A DNA stretch of 43,229 bases from an uncultured Leptospirales bacterium (GTDB lineage: Bacteria; Spirochaetota; UBA4802; UBA5550), in contig CAYTSF010000002.1 in the NCBI GenBank assembly GCA_964440335.1, forward strand, positions 1-43,229. Direction: 5' to 3'. Positions 19,293 to 28,271 of this stretch are shown here, piece after piece. The position numbers and the translations under genes are program-made. Below the pieces are notes generated by a model. That model saw only the letters and a list, made by a program, of their open reading frames with translations, was not told where the DNA came from and searched no databases. Position 1 is the stretch's first letter. Every line of letters starts with the position of its first letter.

Positions 19293-21036
19293 TATCATCA
19301 AGTTCATCGAGTATGGAGTTGCTTTGCGATAATGCCGGTGAAGGACTTTCGGTTAGCTTATCACTTCCTTTCTGCGCGGATTTATTTTCTGAATATTCCT
19401 GTTTACCATAAAGGTCTCCATCAGGCCCAAGCCTGTAGGCAAAGGCAGCAGCATAATTCCTGACTACTTTTATTGCCTCAAAAACCTTCATACCATGAAT
19501 CTTTTTGTTTCCTTCAATCTCAGGATTCATATCAATAACATCCTGAGGATTGGCAACATGCATCTGTTTGTCATCCATATCCTTTGAAAGAACATCCAGT
19601 TCAGCTGCGGTTTTTTCCATGAATGTTTTTATTACCATCTTTGCGTTGCTGCCTGCTATGTCTTTTTTGGACGAAAGCTCATCGACCCTTTTCGAATAGC
19701 TTATGTACTGGTCATTGTTGATAGGCTTCTGGCTTTTGACTTTATCAAAATTAATAAATTCATTATGGTAGGCGGAAAACGCTGTTTCGACCTTTCTCAT
19801 GTTATTAAAAAGTTCCTGCATCTGCATTTTGTAATCAACCGCGCCGGTTCCAAGGTATTCTGTTTTATATTTTATGCGGTTTGTTGTAAGGATAAAAGAA
19901 TACTCGTTTTCAAACTCAAGGTAAAGCAGATAAGTGAGAAGAACCTTATCATTATCACTGAGGATGCTATAGACACCTTTTTTATCATAATTTTTACGAA
20001 GTATGTTGAAGTCCAGTTTGTACATGTTTCTTAAGCCTTCTGTTACGGATGGATCGATGTCAGGCTTCTTTGGGTCTTCGTTGACCGCAGGGAGTTCTGT
20101 CTCCTCCTCTTCCAGGGATTTCTTTCTGGAAAGGTCGTAACGTATCCTGTTGCCTGGTTTTTCAGAGGGAAGGATTTCCAGGATTTCGTCAATTCGCGGG
20201 TCTGTTTCTTCAAACAGGACCGAATTATATTTACAGAAAAGGGTATGAAGACAGGGATAGAGATTGTAAAATACTATATACAGCGCATTCCGTATATCTT
20301 TCTTTTTTAAAGTGGATGGAGTATTATTTTCATCGACATGCTGGTTCAGGTCTATTGCTTTTTCAAATGAACTGTAAAGGGTGTTTTCATAGGGTTTGAT
20401 AATATACAGGGAACGGAATAACTGAATAAACGGATCTTTCAATTCAAACAGCTGTCGTGGTACATCAGGATAATTGCTGAAATTATCTGCGAGGTCTCTT
20501 AAATCGATCGGGTCATATACTTCACCGGCTTTTTCTATTAATTCATAGTATAATGGTGAAATCTTATCGAGGCGCATAATTATCTGGTTGCCCCTTTTGG
20601 GATTCTGCCTGAAAAGGGCAAGGTAGGTGTTTTGTATTTCCATCAAAGCAGGTTTGTATCTGAGGTTCATGTTCTTGAGAAACCGGTTTTTGTAAAAAAA
20701 AGTATTAAGCCCTGTAACTCCATGAAAAAAAAGCCGCATCCTGATACGGAAATTGCTGAATGGAACATGGGGGGTGAGCGTAGTTGATGCTGACTTTGAC
20801 CTGGAAGCAGAAGTGGTTTTGGTCCCGGTGGATGTTTTTACCCTGGTGAAATGCTCATCCATTCTTTTCTGGTGTTCCTTCTGCTTCTCACGATCAATGA
20901 CCATATTACGTCTAACCTGTTTCTCATTCAGCACCTGGCCGCCTGAGTCGACGAATTTCTGATAGAGTTTCTTCCTCTGTGAATCATCGAGCTGGTTGAC
21001 TTTGATGTTCTGTTTTGTCTTATCGATTTCTTTCAT
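19285..21036 (-). CDS. hypothetical protein (583 aa), no recognisable domain
   Basis: Long uninterrupted ORF with a basic, low-complexity N-terminus (Ser/Thr/Lys-rich). Overlaps the convergent mnmD-like gene by 8 nt. Confidence 0.6.
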   Translation of the reverse strand: MKEIDKTKQNIKVNQLDDSQRKKLYQKFVDSGGQVLNEKQVRRNMVIDREKQKEHQKRMDEHFTRVKTSTGTKTTSASRSKSASTTLTPHVPFSNFRIRMRLFFHGVTGLNTFFYKNRFLKNMNLRYKPALMEIQNTYLALFRQNPKRGNQIIMRLDKISPLYYELIEKAGEVYDPIDLRDLADNFSNYPDVPRQLFELKDPFIQLFRSLYIIKPYENTLYSSFEKAIDLNQHVDENNTPSTLKKKDIRNALYIVFYNLYPCLHTLFCKYNSVLFEETDPRIDEILEILPSEKPGNRIRYDLSRKKSLEEEETELPAVNEDPKKPDIDPSVTEGLRNMYKLDFNILRKNYDKKGVYSILSDNDKVLLTYLLYLEFENEYSFILTTNRIKYKTEYLGTGAVDYKMQMQELFNNMRKVETAFSAYHNEFINFDKVKSQKPINNDQYISYSKRVDELSSKKDIAGSNAKMVIKTFMEKTAAELDVLSKDMDDKQMHVANPQDVIDMNPEIEGNKKIHGMKVFEAIKVVRNYAAAFAYRLGPDGDLYGKQEYSENKSAQKGSDKLTESPSPALSQSNSILDELDDII

Positions 21037-21157
21037 GAATTATGTTCCATTGTTCTGCATATTACAATTTCTGTTCCTGGAAATTATTACAGTACGATCT
21101 ACATCGAATATTATTATTTTACTTGCTTAAAAATAAACGCTTACGTCAATTATTTTA

Positions 21158-21186
21158 TTGATGACAATATTACACAGAAGTATATT
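21158..21186 (+). promoter_or_regulatory. sigma70-type promoter candidate, TTGATG-17 nt-TATATT
   Basis: Hexamers read directly, ~50 nt upstream of the hbd start. Confidence 0.35.
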
Positions 21187-21238
21187 ATAATTCCTGTATG
21201 TACTTATTTATTTATACTTTTTTACCGGAGATGTCTGA

Positions 21239-22081
21239 ATGAACAGAGTTGGTATCATTGGAGCCGGGATTATGGGTACAGATCTTGCCCATATGACTGC
21301 TGAATCTGGTTTTCATGTAAAACTTTATGATAATAATCCCAAAAAGACTCAGAATGCTCTTGATACCATCAAAGCCCGTCTTACGAAATATGAAAAAAAA
21401 TCCAGAATAACAGAAAGCGATAAAGAAAAAATTCTTTCAAGAATTACAATCAGGGAAACCCTTGATGGATTATCTGATTCAGATATTTTTCTTGAGGCAG
21501 TATTCGAGGACCTTAATACAAAAAAAGAAATCTTCAAGCAGCTGAATAATATATCTTCCCCGGCAAGTGTCCTTGCATCCATTACATCATCAATATCAAT
21601 CACAGAAATTGCAGCGGCAACAACAAGACCGGAATCGGTAATCGGGCTGCATTTTCTTAATCCCGCAAGGGTAATGCCGCTGGTCGAGATTGTTCCGGGT
21701 TTCTGCACAACCAGGGAAACAGTTGAAATGTCCAAATCCTTTCTGAAAAAATTGAAAAAGGATTTTATCGAAGCCAAGGATTATCCGGGTTTCTTTCTGA
21801 ACAGAATACTCTACCCGATGATTAATGAAGCAGCATTCCTTTTATATGAAGGTGGTGCCAAACCTGAAGTTATTGATAAAGCCATGAAAAAGGGACTCAA
21901 CCTTCCCATGGGCCCGCTGGAAATCGCAGACATGGTAGGACTCGATGTTATTCTTGCGATTGGCGAGGAGATGTTAAGGGGTTATGCTGACAACAAGTAC
22001 GGGCCATGCCCTTTGTTAAGGAGGTATGTAGCATCCGGTTATCTTGGCAAAAAAAGCGGACGCGGTTTTTACATTTATTGA
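21239..22081 (+). CDS. hbd: 3-hydroxybutyryl-CoA / 3-hydroxyacyl-CoA dehydrogenase
   Basis: NAD-binding IIGAGIMG, HFLNPARVMPLVEIV, and a C-terminal 3HCDH domain (GYLGKKSGRGFY). Confidence 0.85.
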   Translation: MNRVGIIGAGIMGTDLAHMTAESGFHVKLYDNNPKKTQNALDTIKARLTKYEKKSRITESDKEKILSRITIRETLDGLSDSDIFLEAVFEDLNTKKEIFKQLNNISSPASVLASITSSISITEIAAATTRPESVIGLHFLNPARVMPLVEIVPGFCTTRETVEMSKSFLKKLKKDFIEAKDYPGFFLNRILYPMINEAAFLLYEGGAKPEVIDKAMKKGLNLPMGPLEIADMVGLDVILAIGEEMLRGYADNKYGPCPLLRRYVASGYLGKKSGRGFYIY

Positions 22082-22087
22082 GTATTT

Positions 22088-22846
22088 ATGAAAAAATATA
22101 TTATAACATTTCTTTTTATAATCCTGGCGTGTTCATTACAGGCATCAGAGTTTGAGGAGCTTGATAAGGCACCTGAAGGACCACACCAGGGGCAGATGCT
22201 TCTCGGCGTATTTGTATCCATGGGATGGCCAATGGGGAGCCTGCTTGATGCAGAAGACAGTTTTCTTGTGAATAATTTTTATTCCTTTGAGGATATTGAG
22301 GTTACAAAAGAACTAATTGTAAACCACCTGGCATACGACTTTGGAATTTCATATGAATACATGCCGATTGACTATGTAGGTGCCAGATGCAAACTGAGGA
22401 ATGCTACCATTGTACAACGGACAGCTTTCGGCAGCAATTATCAGAACTGGAGCGGAGATCTTTTTTCGCAATACTCCTTTTTGCTGGGGCCGTCATTTCA
22501 TCTCAGCAACCGCAAGCAATGGGACATTAACCTTATATTGCTCCTTGGTTACGGATTTGGTGAGTATGAGGCTGCACCGATTTTTAATGACCTGGTTGAA
22601 AAGATTGATGGGAAGAGGGATCAATCAGGAATGGTTTATGCTGCGGAGCTTAACCTTACTGTATACTTCAGCGGAGGGCTTTATCTTTCGCTTGGAGGGG
22701 AATATACATATTATTCGATCTCCTTCAGTCCGGCTTATTCAATAACACAGACTGTTCAGACGGCCAATACCTATTCAGCGGAAAGCGGTGGAAGCCTGCA
22801 GTCGGTAAATATCTCCATATCTGCAGGATATGCTTTCTCCAACTAA
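22088..22846 (+). CDS. secreted beta-barrel outer-membrane protein candidate
   Basis: Signal peptide (ILACSLQAS) and alternating aromatic/hydrophilic strands to the C-terminus (SAGYAFSN). Confidence 0.5.
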   Translation: MKKYIITFLFIILACSLQASEFEELDKAPEGPHQGQMLLGVFVSMGWPMGSLLDAEDSFLVNNFYSFEDIEVTKELIVNHLAYDFGISYEYMPIDYVGARCKLRNATIVQRTAFGSNYQNWSGDLFSQYSFLLGPSFHLSNRKQWDINLILLLGYGFGEYEAAPIFNDLVEKIDGKRDQSGMVYAAELNLTVYFSGGLYLSLGGEYTYYSISFSPAYSITQTVQTANTYSAESGGSLQSVNISISAGYAFSN

Positions 22847-23832
22847 GATTCGCGGCTTTCAATCAGTTTCAGCAACCGCAGAACATTCAGGGTAACTAAA
22901 CGGTTTTCTTCCTTCTTTGTGCTGATCATCCCTCTGGAGTTATTTTCGAGCATCCATCTGCCGGATGAGGATTGTTTTTTCATCAGGAGGTTAAATGATC
23001 TGTTAAGCCTTGCATCATTCCAGCGGGAGGTTTTTGCAGCCTCAATCATAACTGTAAGCGGATCATACTGTGTCATTACAGGGTAACCTGTACGATGGTT
23101 ATAAATCATGAGTCCGCAGGATAGTATCCTTCCCTCCTCAACAGATAAAGCCTTTTCTATGAGAAATGATATTCCCTTTTCAGTCGCACCGGTATGCCGG
23201 GTATCACCTGAACATGAAAGGGCGCGGATACATGACAGTGTAGCAACCGGGCATCCGGGAATGCTGTCATTATACTCTCTCTTCAACCCACTACCTTTTG
23301 TCTTAAAAATGAAGACCTTCATAAAATCACAGAAACCATTAAACGGGCAGTGAAGCCAGCTTCCATCACTCCGCTGGTGATCCCTGATCCACTGCAAACC
23401 CGGAGCTGTAATACTGTCATTAACTCCTGATTTTATCATGGCGCGCAGGATGTCACCAGTGCGGCATGCGACTGGAACTCCGGGATTCAGCATCATGGAG
23501 AATCCGCCGTCAGCCGTTCGGCTGTTCTGGCATAAGAATTGTGCGGTTTTTTCAATGAAAGGGGTCCGGATGTCATAGCCGTATTCAGCAGCAAGCAGAA
23601 AGAACCATGTTGACCCCCGGTACAGAAGATCGGGATTGCGGGTATCTCCAAGTATTTCATTGGTAGAATTTTTCTGAAAAAAACCGGTCAGCGATGATGA
23701 CAATAACTCGTCATATAATTCTGAACTGTTTAATGAAGCGCATATCTCCTTTTTTGTAAGATATGCTACTGCCGGGTCACTGCTATCTGTAAGCCATGGA
23801 ACCGGGTCTGAGTTGAGATATTTATTCATCAT
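22843..23832 (-). CDS. prenyltransferase/squalene-oxidase-repeat-like (alpha/alpha toroid) protein
   Basis: ADGGF and SDGSW repeat motifs and a PVPWL N-terminus typical of this uncharacterised family. Function unknown. Confidence 0.45.
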   Translation of the reverse strand: MMNKYLNSDPVPWLTDSSDPAVAYLTKKEICASLNSSELYDELLSSSLTGFFQKNSTNEILGDTRNPDLLYRGSTWFFLLAAEYGYDIRTPFIEKTAQFLCQNSRTADGGFSMMLNPGVPVACRTGDILRAMIKSGVNDSITAPGLQWIRDHQRSDGSWLHCPFNGFCDFMKVFIFKTKGSGLKREYNDSIPGCPVATLSCIRALSCSGDTRHTGATEKGISFLIEKALSVEEGRILSCGLMIYNHRTGYPVMTQYDPLTVMIEAAKTSRWNDARLNRSFNLLMKKQSSSGRWMLENNSRGMISTKKEENRLVTLNVLRLLKLIESRES

Positions 23833-23973
23833 TGAATTAAGCTTATCTTCCGGCTGTATTATTGATAATTAATACTTCTGATTGAAAGGGAACCAGTATG
23901 TTATATCATTCCTGTAATGGATATGCACATTATCATATTTTCAAGTCCGCATGCGGCGGAATCAAAACTATAG

Positions 23974-24076
23974 TTGTTTCCTTAACTAATCTTTTTTACC
24001 GGGTGCAGGGGCGAAGCTCCTGGTGAAAAGCCTCCTTCAGGATTCATGAAGGCTTCAAGTGCCGGTTTGGAAACAA
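23974..24076 (-). repeat. ~103-bp structured repeat with terminal inverted repeats (MITE-like), copy A
   Basis: Bounded by TTGTTTCC...GGAAACAA. Its reverse complement aligns by hand with 37275-37377. Confidence 0.7.
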
Positions 24077-24326
24077 GTCTGCTGTAAAAATCATTTTTGA
24101 GATGCATAAAATAATCGATAAATTGTTTGATTTTATTATACTGATTGTATCTGGTGTATTATCGTTAGATTTACAATAAAATTCCAGTATTTATTCCTTA
24201 ACTATTTTAAAGTAAATAAAGCTCAATTTTCTCAGCTGACACTGGCGACGGAGTATAAAATTTTTTTACATTAAATATATTATAAGGAATTATTACTTAT
24301 ATAATTCAAAAATAAAAGATACAATT

Positions 24327-24821
24327 ATGAGAAAGATACGCGCTGGTATAATTACTGTAAGTGACCGTTCATCAAGGGGGGAACGCCCTGATGTATCGGG
24401 CCCCGAGATAGTCAAATGGGCAGGGCAGATGGATATTGAAATTGCTGCAGAGGTAATAGTTCCTGATGAAGTTGAAGATATTAAACGCAGCATCATAGAT
24501 TTTGCCGACCGGAATTTTGATCTAATACTCACGACAGGCGGCACCGGTTTTGCCCCACGGGATGTAACGCCGGAAGCAACTCGTGCTGTTCTTGAAAGGG
24601 AGGCGCCCGGTTTTGCCGAGGCAATGAGGGCCGGTTCGCTGAAGATTACCCCCCATGCTGTTCTTTCACGGGCAGTATCGGGAATCCGGAAAAAAAGCCT
24701 CATTATAAATCTTCCGGGAAGCCCCAAGGCTGTTCGGGAAAACCTTGGTTTCATTGAAAAAGCCATACCTCATGCAGTAAACCTGCTGCGTGATGAAGTC
24801 AAGGATTGTGGAGCTAACTGA
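24327..24821 (+). CDS. mogA: molybdopterin adenylyltransferase, MogA/MoaB family
   Basis: ITVSDR, TTGGTGFAPRD and LPGSPKAV motifs. Confidence 0.85.
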   Translation: MRKIRAGIITVSDRSSRGERPDVSGPEIVKWAGQMDIEIAAEVIVPDEVEDIKRSIIDFADRNFDLILTTGGTGFAPRDVTPEATRAVLEREAPGFAEAMRAGSLKITPHAVLSRAVSGIRKKSLIINLPGSPKAVRENLGFIEKAIPHAVNLLRDEVKDCGAN

Positions 24822-24828
24822 AAGCGTC

Positions 24829-25362
24829 ATGGACAGAATTGATGCCGTCAAACTTATCAGTATTAAAAAAGGTGACATCACAACTGAAGCTGTTGATGCC
24901 ATAATCAATGCGGCAAACACCTCCCTTCTTGGAGGAGGTGGAGTTGATGGTGCTATCCACCGTGCTGCGGGTCCGGGTCTTCTTGCAGAGTGCAGGGAGC
25001 TTGGCGGCTGCAGGCCGGGCGAGGCCAGGATTACAGCGGGTTACAACCTTGCAGCAAAGTACGTGATACATACGCCAGGTCCGGTTTATGCAGACGGTAA
25101 GCGCGGCGAGGATGATGTGCTGAAAAACTCCTACATCAATTCCATGATGCTGGCAGAAGGAAAAAAAATGGCTTCAATTGCTTTCCCCGCGATTTCAACC
25201 GGTGTGTACAGGTTTCCAAAAGAAAAGGCCGTTCGTATAGCTTTTGACGCAGTCATAAACTTTATGCTCGAAAAAAATTTCAGCATCAGGGTAATCTTCG
25301 TTCTTTTTGATGATGAAAATTTTCAAATCTACAAAAAATATTTACAGGGACTTCTGAGCTGA
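24829..25362 (+). CDS. macro domain protein (YmdB-like O-acetyl-ADP-ribose deacetylase)
   Basis: NAANTSLLGGGGVDGAIHRAAG and AFPAISTGVY motifs. Start placed at the ATG just after the mogA stop. Confidence 0.85.
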   Translation: MDRIDAVKLISIKKGDITTEAVDAIINAANTSLLGGGGVDGAIHRAAGPGLLAECRELGGCRPGEARITAGYNLAAKYVIHTPGPVYADGKRGEDDVLKNSYINSMMLAEGKKMASIAFPAISTGVYRFPKEKAVRIAFDAVINFMLEKNFSIRVIFVLFDDENFQIYKKYLQGLLS

Positions 25363-25436
25363 ACAGTAACTGTTTCCGGTTCATGCATTGATTTAATCCC
25401 GCAGCATTCCGCAGAAAAAAATTGAAGGATATAAAA

Positions 25437-26276
25437 ATGAACTACATCGAAATGTTAAAATCAAGCGCAAAAAAGTTTTCCAGTATTGTGTGCATGGGGC
25501 TTGACCCGGTTATTGAAGATATTCCGGAAACAAGCGGAACTCCCGGTGAGAGGATTTACAAATTCTACGAAACAATACTAAACAACCTGACACAAAAAAA
25601 TACACTTCCAGGCGCAGCCAAACCTAACTATGCATTTTATGCCCAGTACGGTATAGATGGAATAATCGCACTTGAAAAAGTTATCAGGATATACCAGCAG
25701 GCCGGGATTCCGGTCATACTTGATTATAAACGCGGAGATATTGGTAAAACCGCGCAGGCCTATGCCCAGGAGGCGTTTGATTTTTTTAAGGCGGATGCGG
25801 TAACACTTTCGCCATACCTGGGTTATGATTCAATTGAACCTTACATAAAAAATTATCCGGACAAAGGTTATTATATTCTTACCAAAACTTCAAATAAAAG
25901 TTCTGTTGAGATTCAGGATGTAAAAATTGATGGCAGGGAATTCTATCTTTACATCGCGGAGAAACTTGTCCAGTGGTACCATCCGGGGATCGGTTCAGTA
26001 GCAGGCGCCACATATCCTGAACAGCTCGAAAAAATTTCAGGAATATTTCTGGCCGCAGGTAAAGAGATACCCTTTCTTATACCGGGTGTGGGCGCACAGG
26101 GAGGCAGCATCAGGGATGTTATGGCAGTGCTGAACACCCATGCCGACAGGAACATTCACAGGATAAACGCGTCAAGCTCCCTCAACTACGCTTACAAGTT
26201 TTACAAAAACATGAGTTATGGAGAGGCTTCTGTCCAGGCCCTCATAGACATGAACACAGAGATTGAAAATGTCTGA
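25437..26276 (+). CDS. pyrF: orotidine-5'-phosphate decarboxylase, type 2
   Basis: MGLDP and LDYKRGDIGKT motifs, ~280 aa. ATG at 25437 follows AAGGA. Confidence 0.9.
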   Translation: MNYIEMLKSSAKKFSSIVCMGLDPVIEDIPETSGTPGERIYKFYETILNNLTQKNTLPGAAKPNYAFYAQYGIDGIIALEKVIRIYQQAGIPVILDYKRGDIGKTAQAYAQEAFDFFKADAVTLSPYLGYDSIEPYIKNYPDKGYYILTKTSNKSSVEIQDVKIDGREFYLYIAEKLVQWYHPGIGSVAGATYPEQLEKISGIFLAAGKEIPFLIPGVGAQGGSIRDVMAVLNTHADRNIHRINASSSLNYAYKFYKNMSYGEASVQALIDMNTEIENV

Positions 26277-26312
26277 AAGTGCGTGGTCCCGGTTCTTTCC
26301 GGGATCACACTT
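26277..26312. terminator. long hairpin between convergent pyrF and the radical SAM gene, with no U-tract
   Basis: ~14 bp of pairing (AAGTG..TGGTCCCGG / CCGGGATCA..CACTT) with a 2-nt bulge. The right arm overlaps the radical SAM stop codon. Confidence 0.3.
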
Positions 26313-28185
26313 CAATAATCCCGAAGCTGTAGGGAAACCTGATGAATTCCTCCCCGGTATCATTATAAAACCTCTCCATCTCCTTCTCTGACTGGAAAGC
26401 GACAAACTGCGGATTATCTAAATAAACCCTCTTGAGATATGTTGAGATGCTATCATATACTCCTGTCTTCACCAGAACAGCAGATTCTCCGTGAAGAACC
26501 TTTGTGAAGTTCCGGGATTTGTCTGTTATCATGTAAACCGGTGTAATAAGGTTATATATCCGGTCCATGCTGCTGTGGGCGCTTAAATTTTCTGAAACCT
26601 GGAAAAACCTGAAGCTTGAGGCCTCCGGCTCACTGTTGAAAACATTCATGCGCCGGTGAAGATTATCATTCTCATAACGTGTAATGAATCCTTTCAGTAT
26701 TTCTTCATTAACAATAATATCTGAATATAAAACCAGGTTTATGAGCCGATCGCGTATTTTGTCCAGAGAGATGAAGAGTTTTTCAATTCCGCTGTACAGG
26801 CTGCTTTCAATGGTAACTGTAAGGTGAATATCTATGACGCTTCTTTCGGTTAGTGATGCGAACTTCTCAAGGTCCCAGGCTGCAATTAGGTTTCCGTTAA
26901 ACCTGACACCCTTTGTGAAGAGAAAGCTTTCAGTCTCATTAAAATCCGGCAGAAAAAAAACACTGCGGGATAAATCAGTTTTATGTTCAACATAATCAGA
27001 TATATTGCGAATATCACCTGAAGTGAATCCCCATCCGCTCTGAAAATAATAGGGGGGCGCGGGCTGATATGCGACGCGCTCCATGTCCGCCATTTCACGT
27101 ATCTGCGTTCCGGGAAGTATCATGAGCGGGTAAAGTTCGATAGAATCTCCCAGATTATTTTCTATGAGGGTATCAACGGTCTGCATAAAATTTTCCGGAG
27201 TATCCCCGGGCAGGCCGGGTATTATTCCTATCTGAAGCTCAATGCCAGCATCCTTCAGGTGAAGCATGCCTGCCAGCTCCTTTTCTGTATTGCTCTCCCT
27301 GTTGATGATTCCAAGTGCCCGCTTGTTCATGGACTGGAGGCCAACCTCAAGGCTCCTGAATCCGGCGTCATACATGAGCCTTGCTGTTTTTTTATCTATG
27401 CGGTCGGTGCGTATCTCAGTGTGAAGCCTGACGTTATGTTTCAGATTTTTCAGCTGTGTGAGTTTTTCGTTGAAATCCGACGAGCGGTCAAAGGTGGGGC
27501 TGAGTATGTATATCTCTTTATAATTCATTGGGGACTTTATGCTGTTTACCAGGCAGTCAAAAGAGAGCTCCCGTACTTTTTTGTAGTTCCTGGAGTAGTA
27601 ACAGTAACTGCACCTGTATGGGCAGCCGCGAGTCATTTCAATAAAAACGGATTTATCATTGTTGGAGTTGAGCATGCGATGTGTTATGGGTTCACATATA
27701 GCTGGTGTATCTAAGAGTTCATCTGCCGGCTGTAATACATGACGGTCACGGAAAACTGTTACAGCCTGTTCATGGCCTGAGAGAAATTTATGATAAAACC
27801 ATTCCCCCTCTCCGGTTATAAAATAATCAACGAATGGATTTGTCTCTGAAAAAGCAACAGTACCGGATGATATTTCAGGGCCGCCGAATATTATCTTTGT
27901 GTCAGGCAGGCTTGCTTTTACCCTCAACGCCAGTCGCAGGTTGCGTTCCACATTCCAGAGGTAGGATGTGAAAGAAACGATATCCGGTTTTGTGCTTACG
28001 ATATATCTTAAAATAATTTCATCTGAGCAGAAGTTCGTCAATACTGCTGGCAGTGTTTCGCAATATACAGACGGAAAATTTTTACGGATATAACAGGATA
28101 ATACAGCCGGAGCATAATCAATATTTCCGTTAATATAGCTGAAAGAATGATCAGGCAGCGGGAGCTGAATAAAAAGTATTTTCAT
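26305..28185 (-). CDS. B12-binding-domain radical SAM protein with a long C-terminal extension
   Basis: N-terminal B12-binding-like domain, CxxxCxxC cluster motif (GCPYRCSYCYY), and ~200 extra C-terminal residues. Confidence 0.85.
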   Translation of the reverse strand: MKILFIQLPLPDHSFSYINGNIDYAPAVLSCYIRKNFPSVYCETLPAVLTNFCSDEIILRYIVSTKPDIVSFTSYLWNVERNLRLALRVKASLPDTKIIFGGPEISSGTVAFSETNPFVDYFITGEGEWFYHKFLSGHEQAVTVFRDRHVLQPADELLDTPAICEPITHRMLNSNNDKSVFIEMTRGCPYRCSYCYYSRNYKKVRELSFDCLVNSIKSPMNYKEIYILSPTFDRSSDFNEKLTQLKNLKHNVRLHTEIRTDRIDKKTARLMYDAGFRSLEVGLQSMNKRALGIINRESNTEKELAGMLHLKDAGIELQIGIIPGLPGDTPENFMQTVDTLIENNLGDSIELYPLMILPGTQIREMADMERVAYQPAPPYYFQSGWGFTSGDIRNISDYVEHKTDLSRSVFFLPDFNETESFLFTKGVRFNGNLIAAWDLEKFASLTERSVIDIHLTVTIESSLYSGIEKLFISLDKIRDRLINLVLYSDIIVNEEILKGFITRYENDNLHRRMNVFNSEPEASSFRFFQVSENLSAHSSMDRIYNLITPVYMITDKSRNFTKVLHGESAVLVKTGVYDSISTYLKRVYLDNPQFVAFQSEKEMERFYNDTGEEFIRFPYSFGIIEV

Positions 28186-28271
28186 AATAAAATGGTACCA
28201 TTAAAACTGAGTTGAAATATTATAATACATATAGTAAGCTGATCAGATAATCAAGTATATTGAATATTACA

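Noticed and set aside
23982-24107. 41-codon minus-strand ORF (MHLKNDFYSRLVSKPALEAFMNPEGGFSPGASPLHPVKKIS) running through repeat copy A.
   Set aside because: It has no Shine-Dalgarno. The reading frame is not preserved in copy B because indels between the copies break it. It is more simply explained as chance coding within the repeat.
24077-24326. Moco riboswitch upstream of mogA (and likewise upstream of moeA).
   Set aside because: I could not recognise the Moco motif's conserved blocks in the proximal leaders. The shared repeat is in opposite orientations relative to the two genes, which is incompatible with one sense-strand aptamer. This is left as a check (Rfam RF01055) under the repeat finding.
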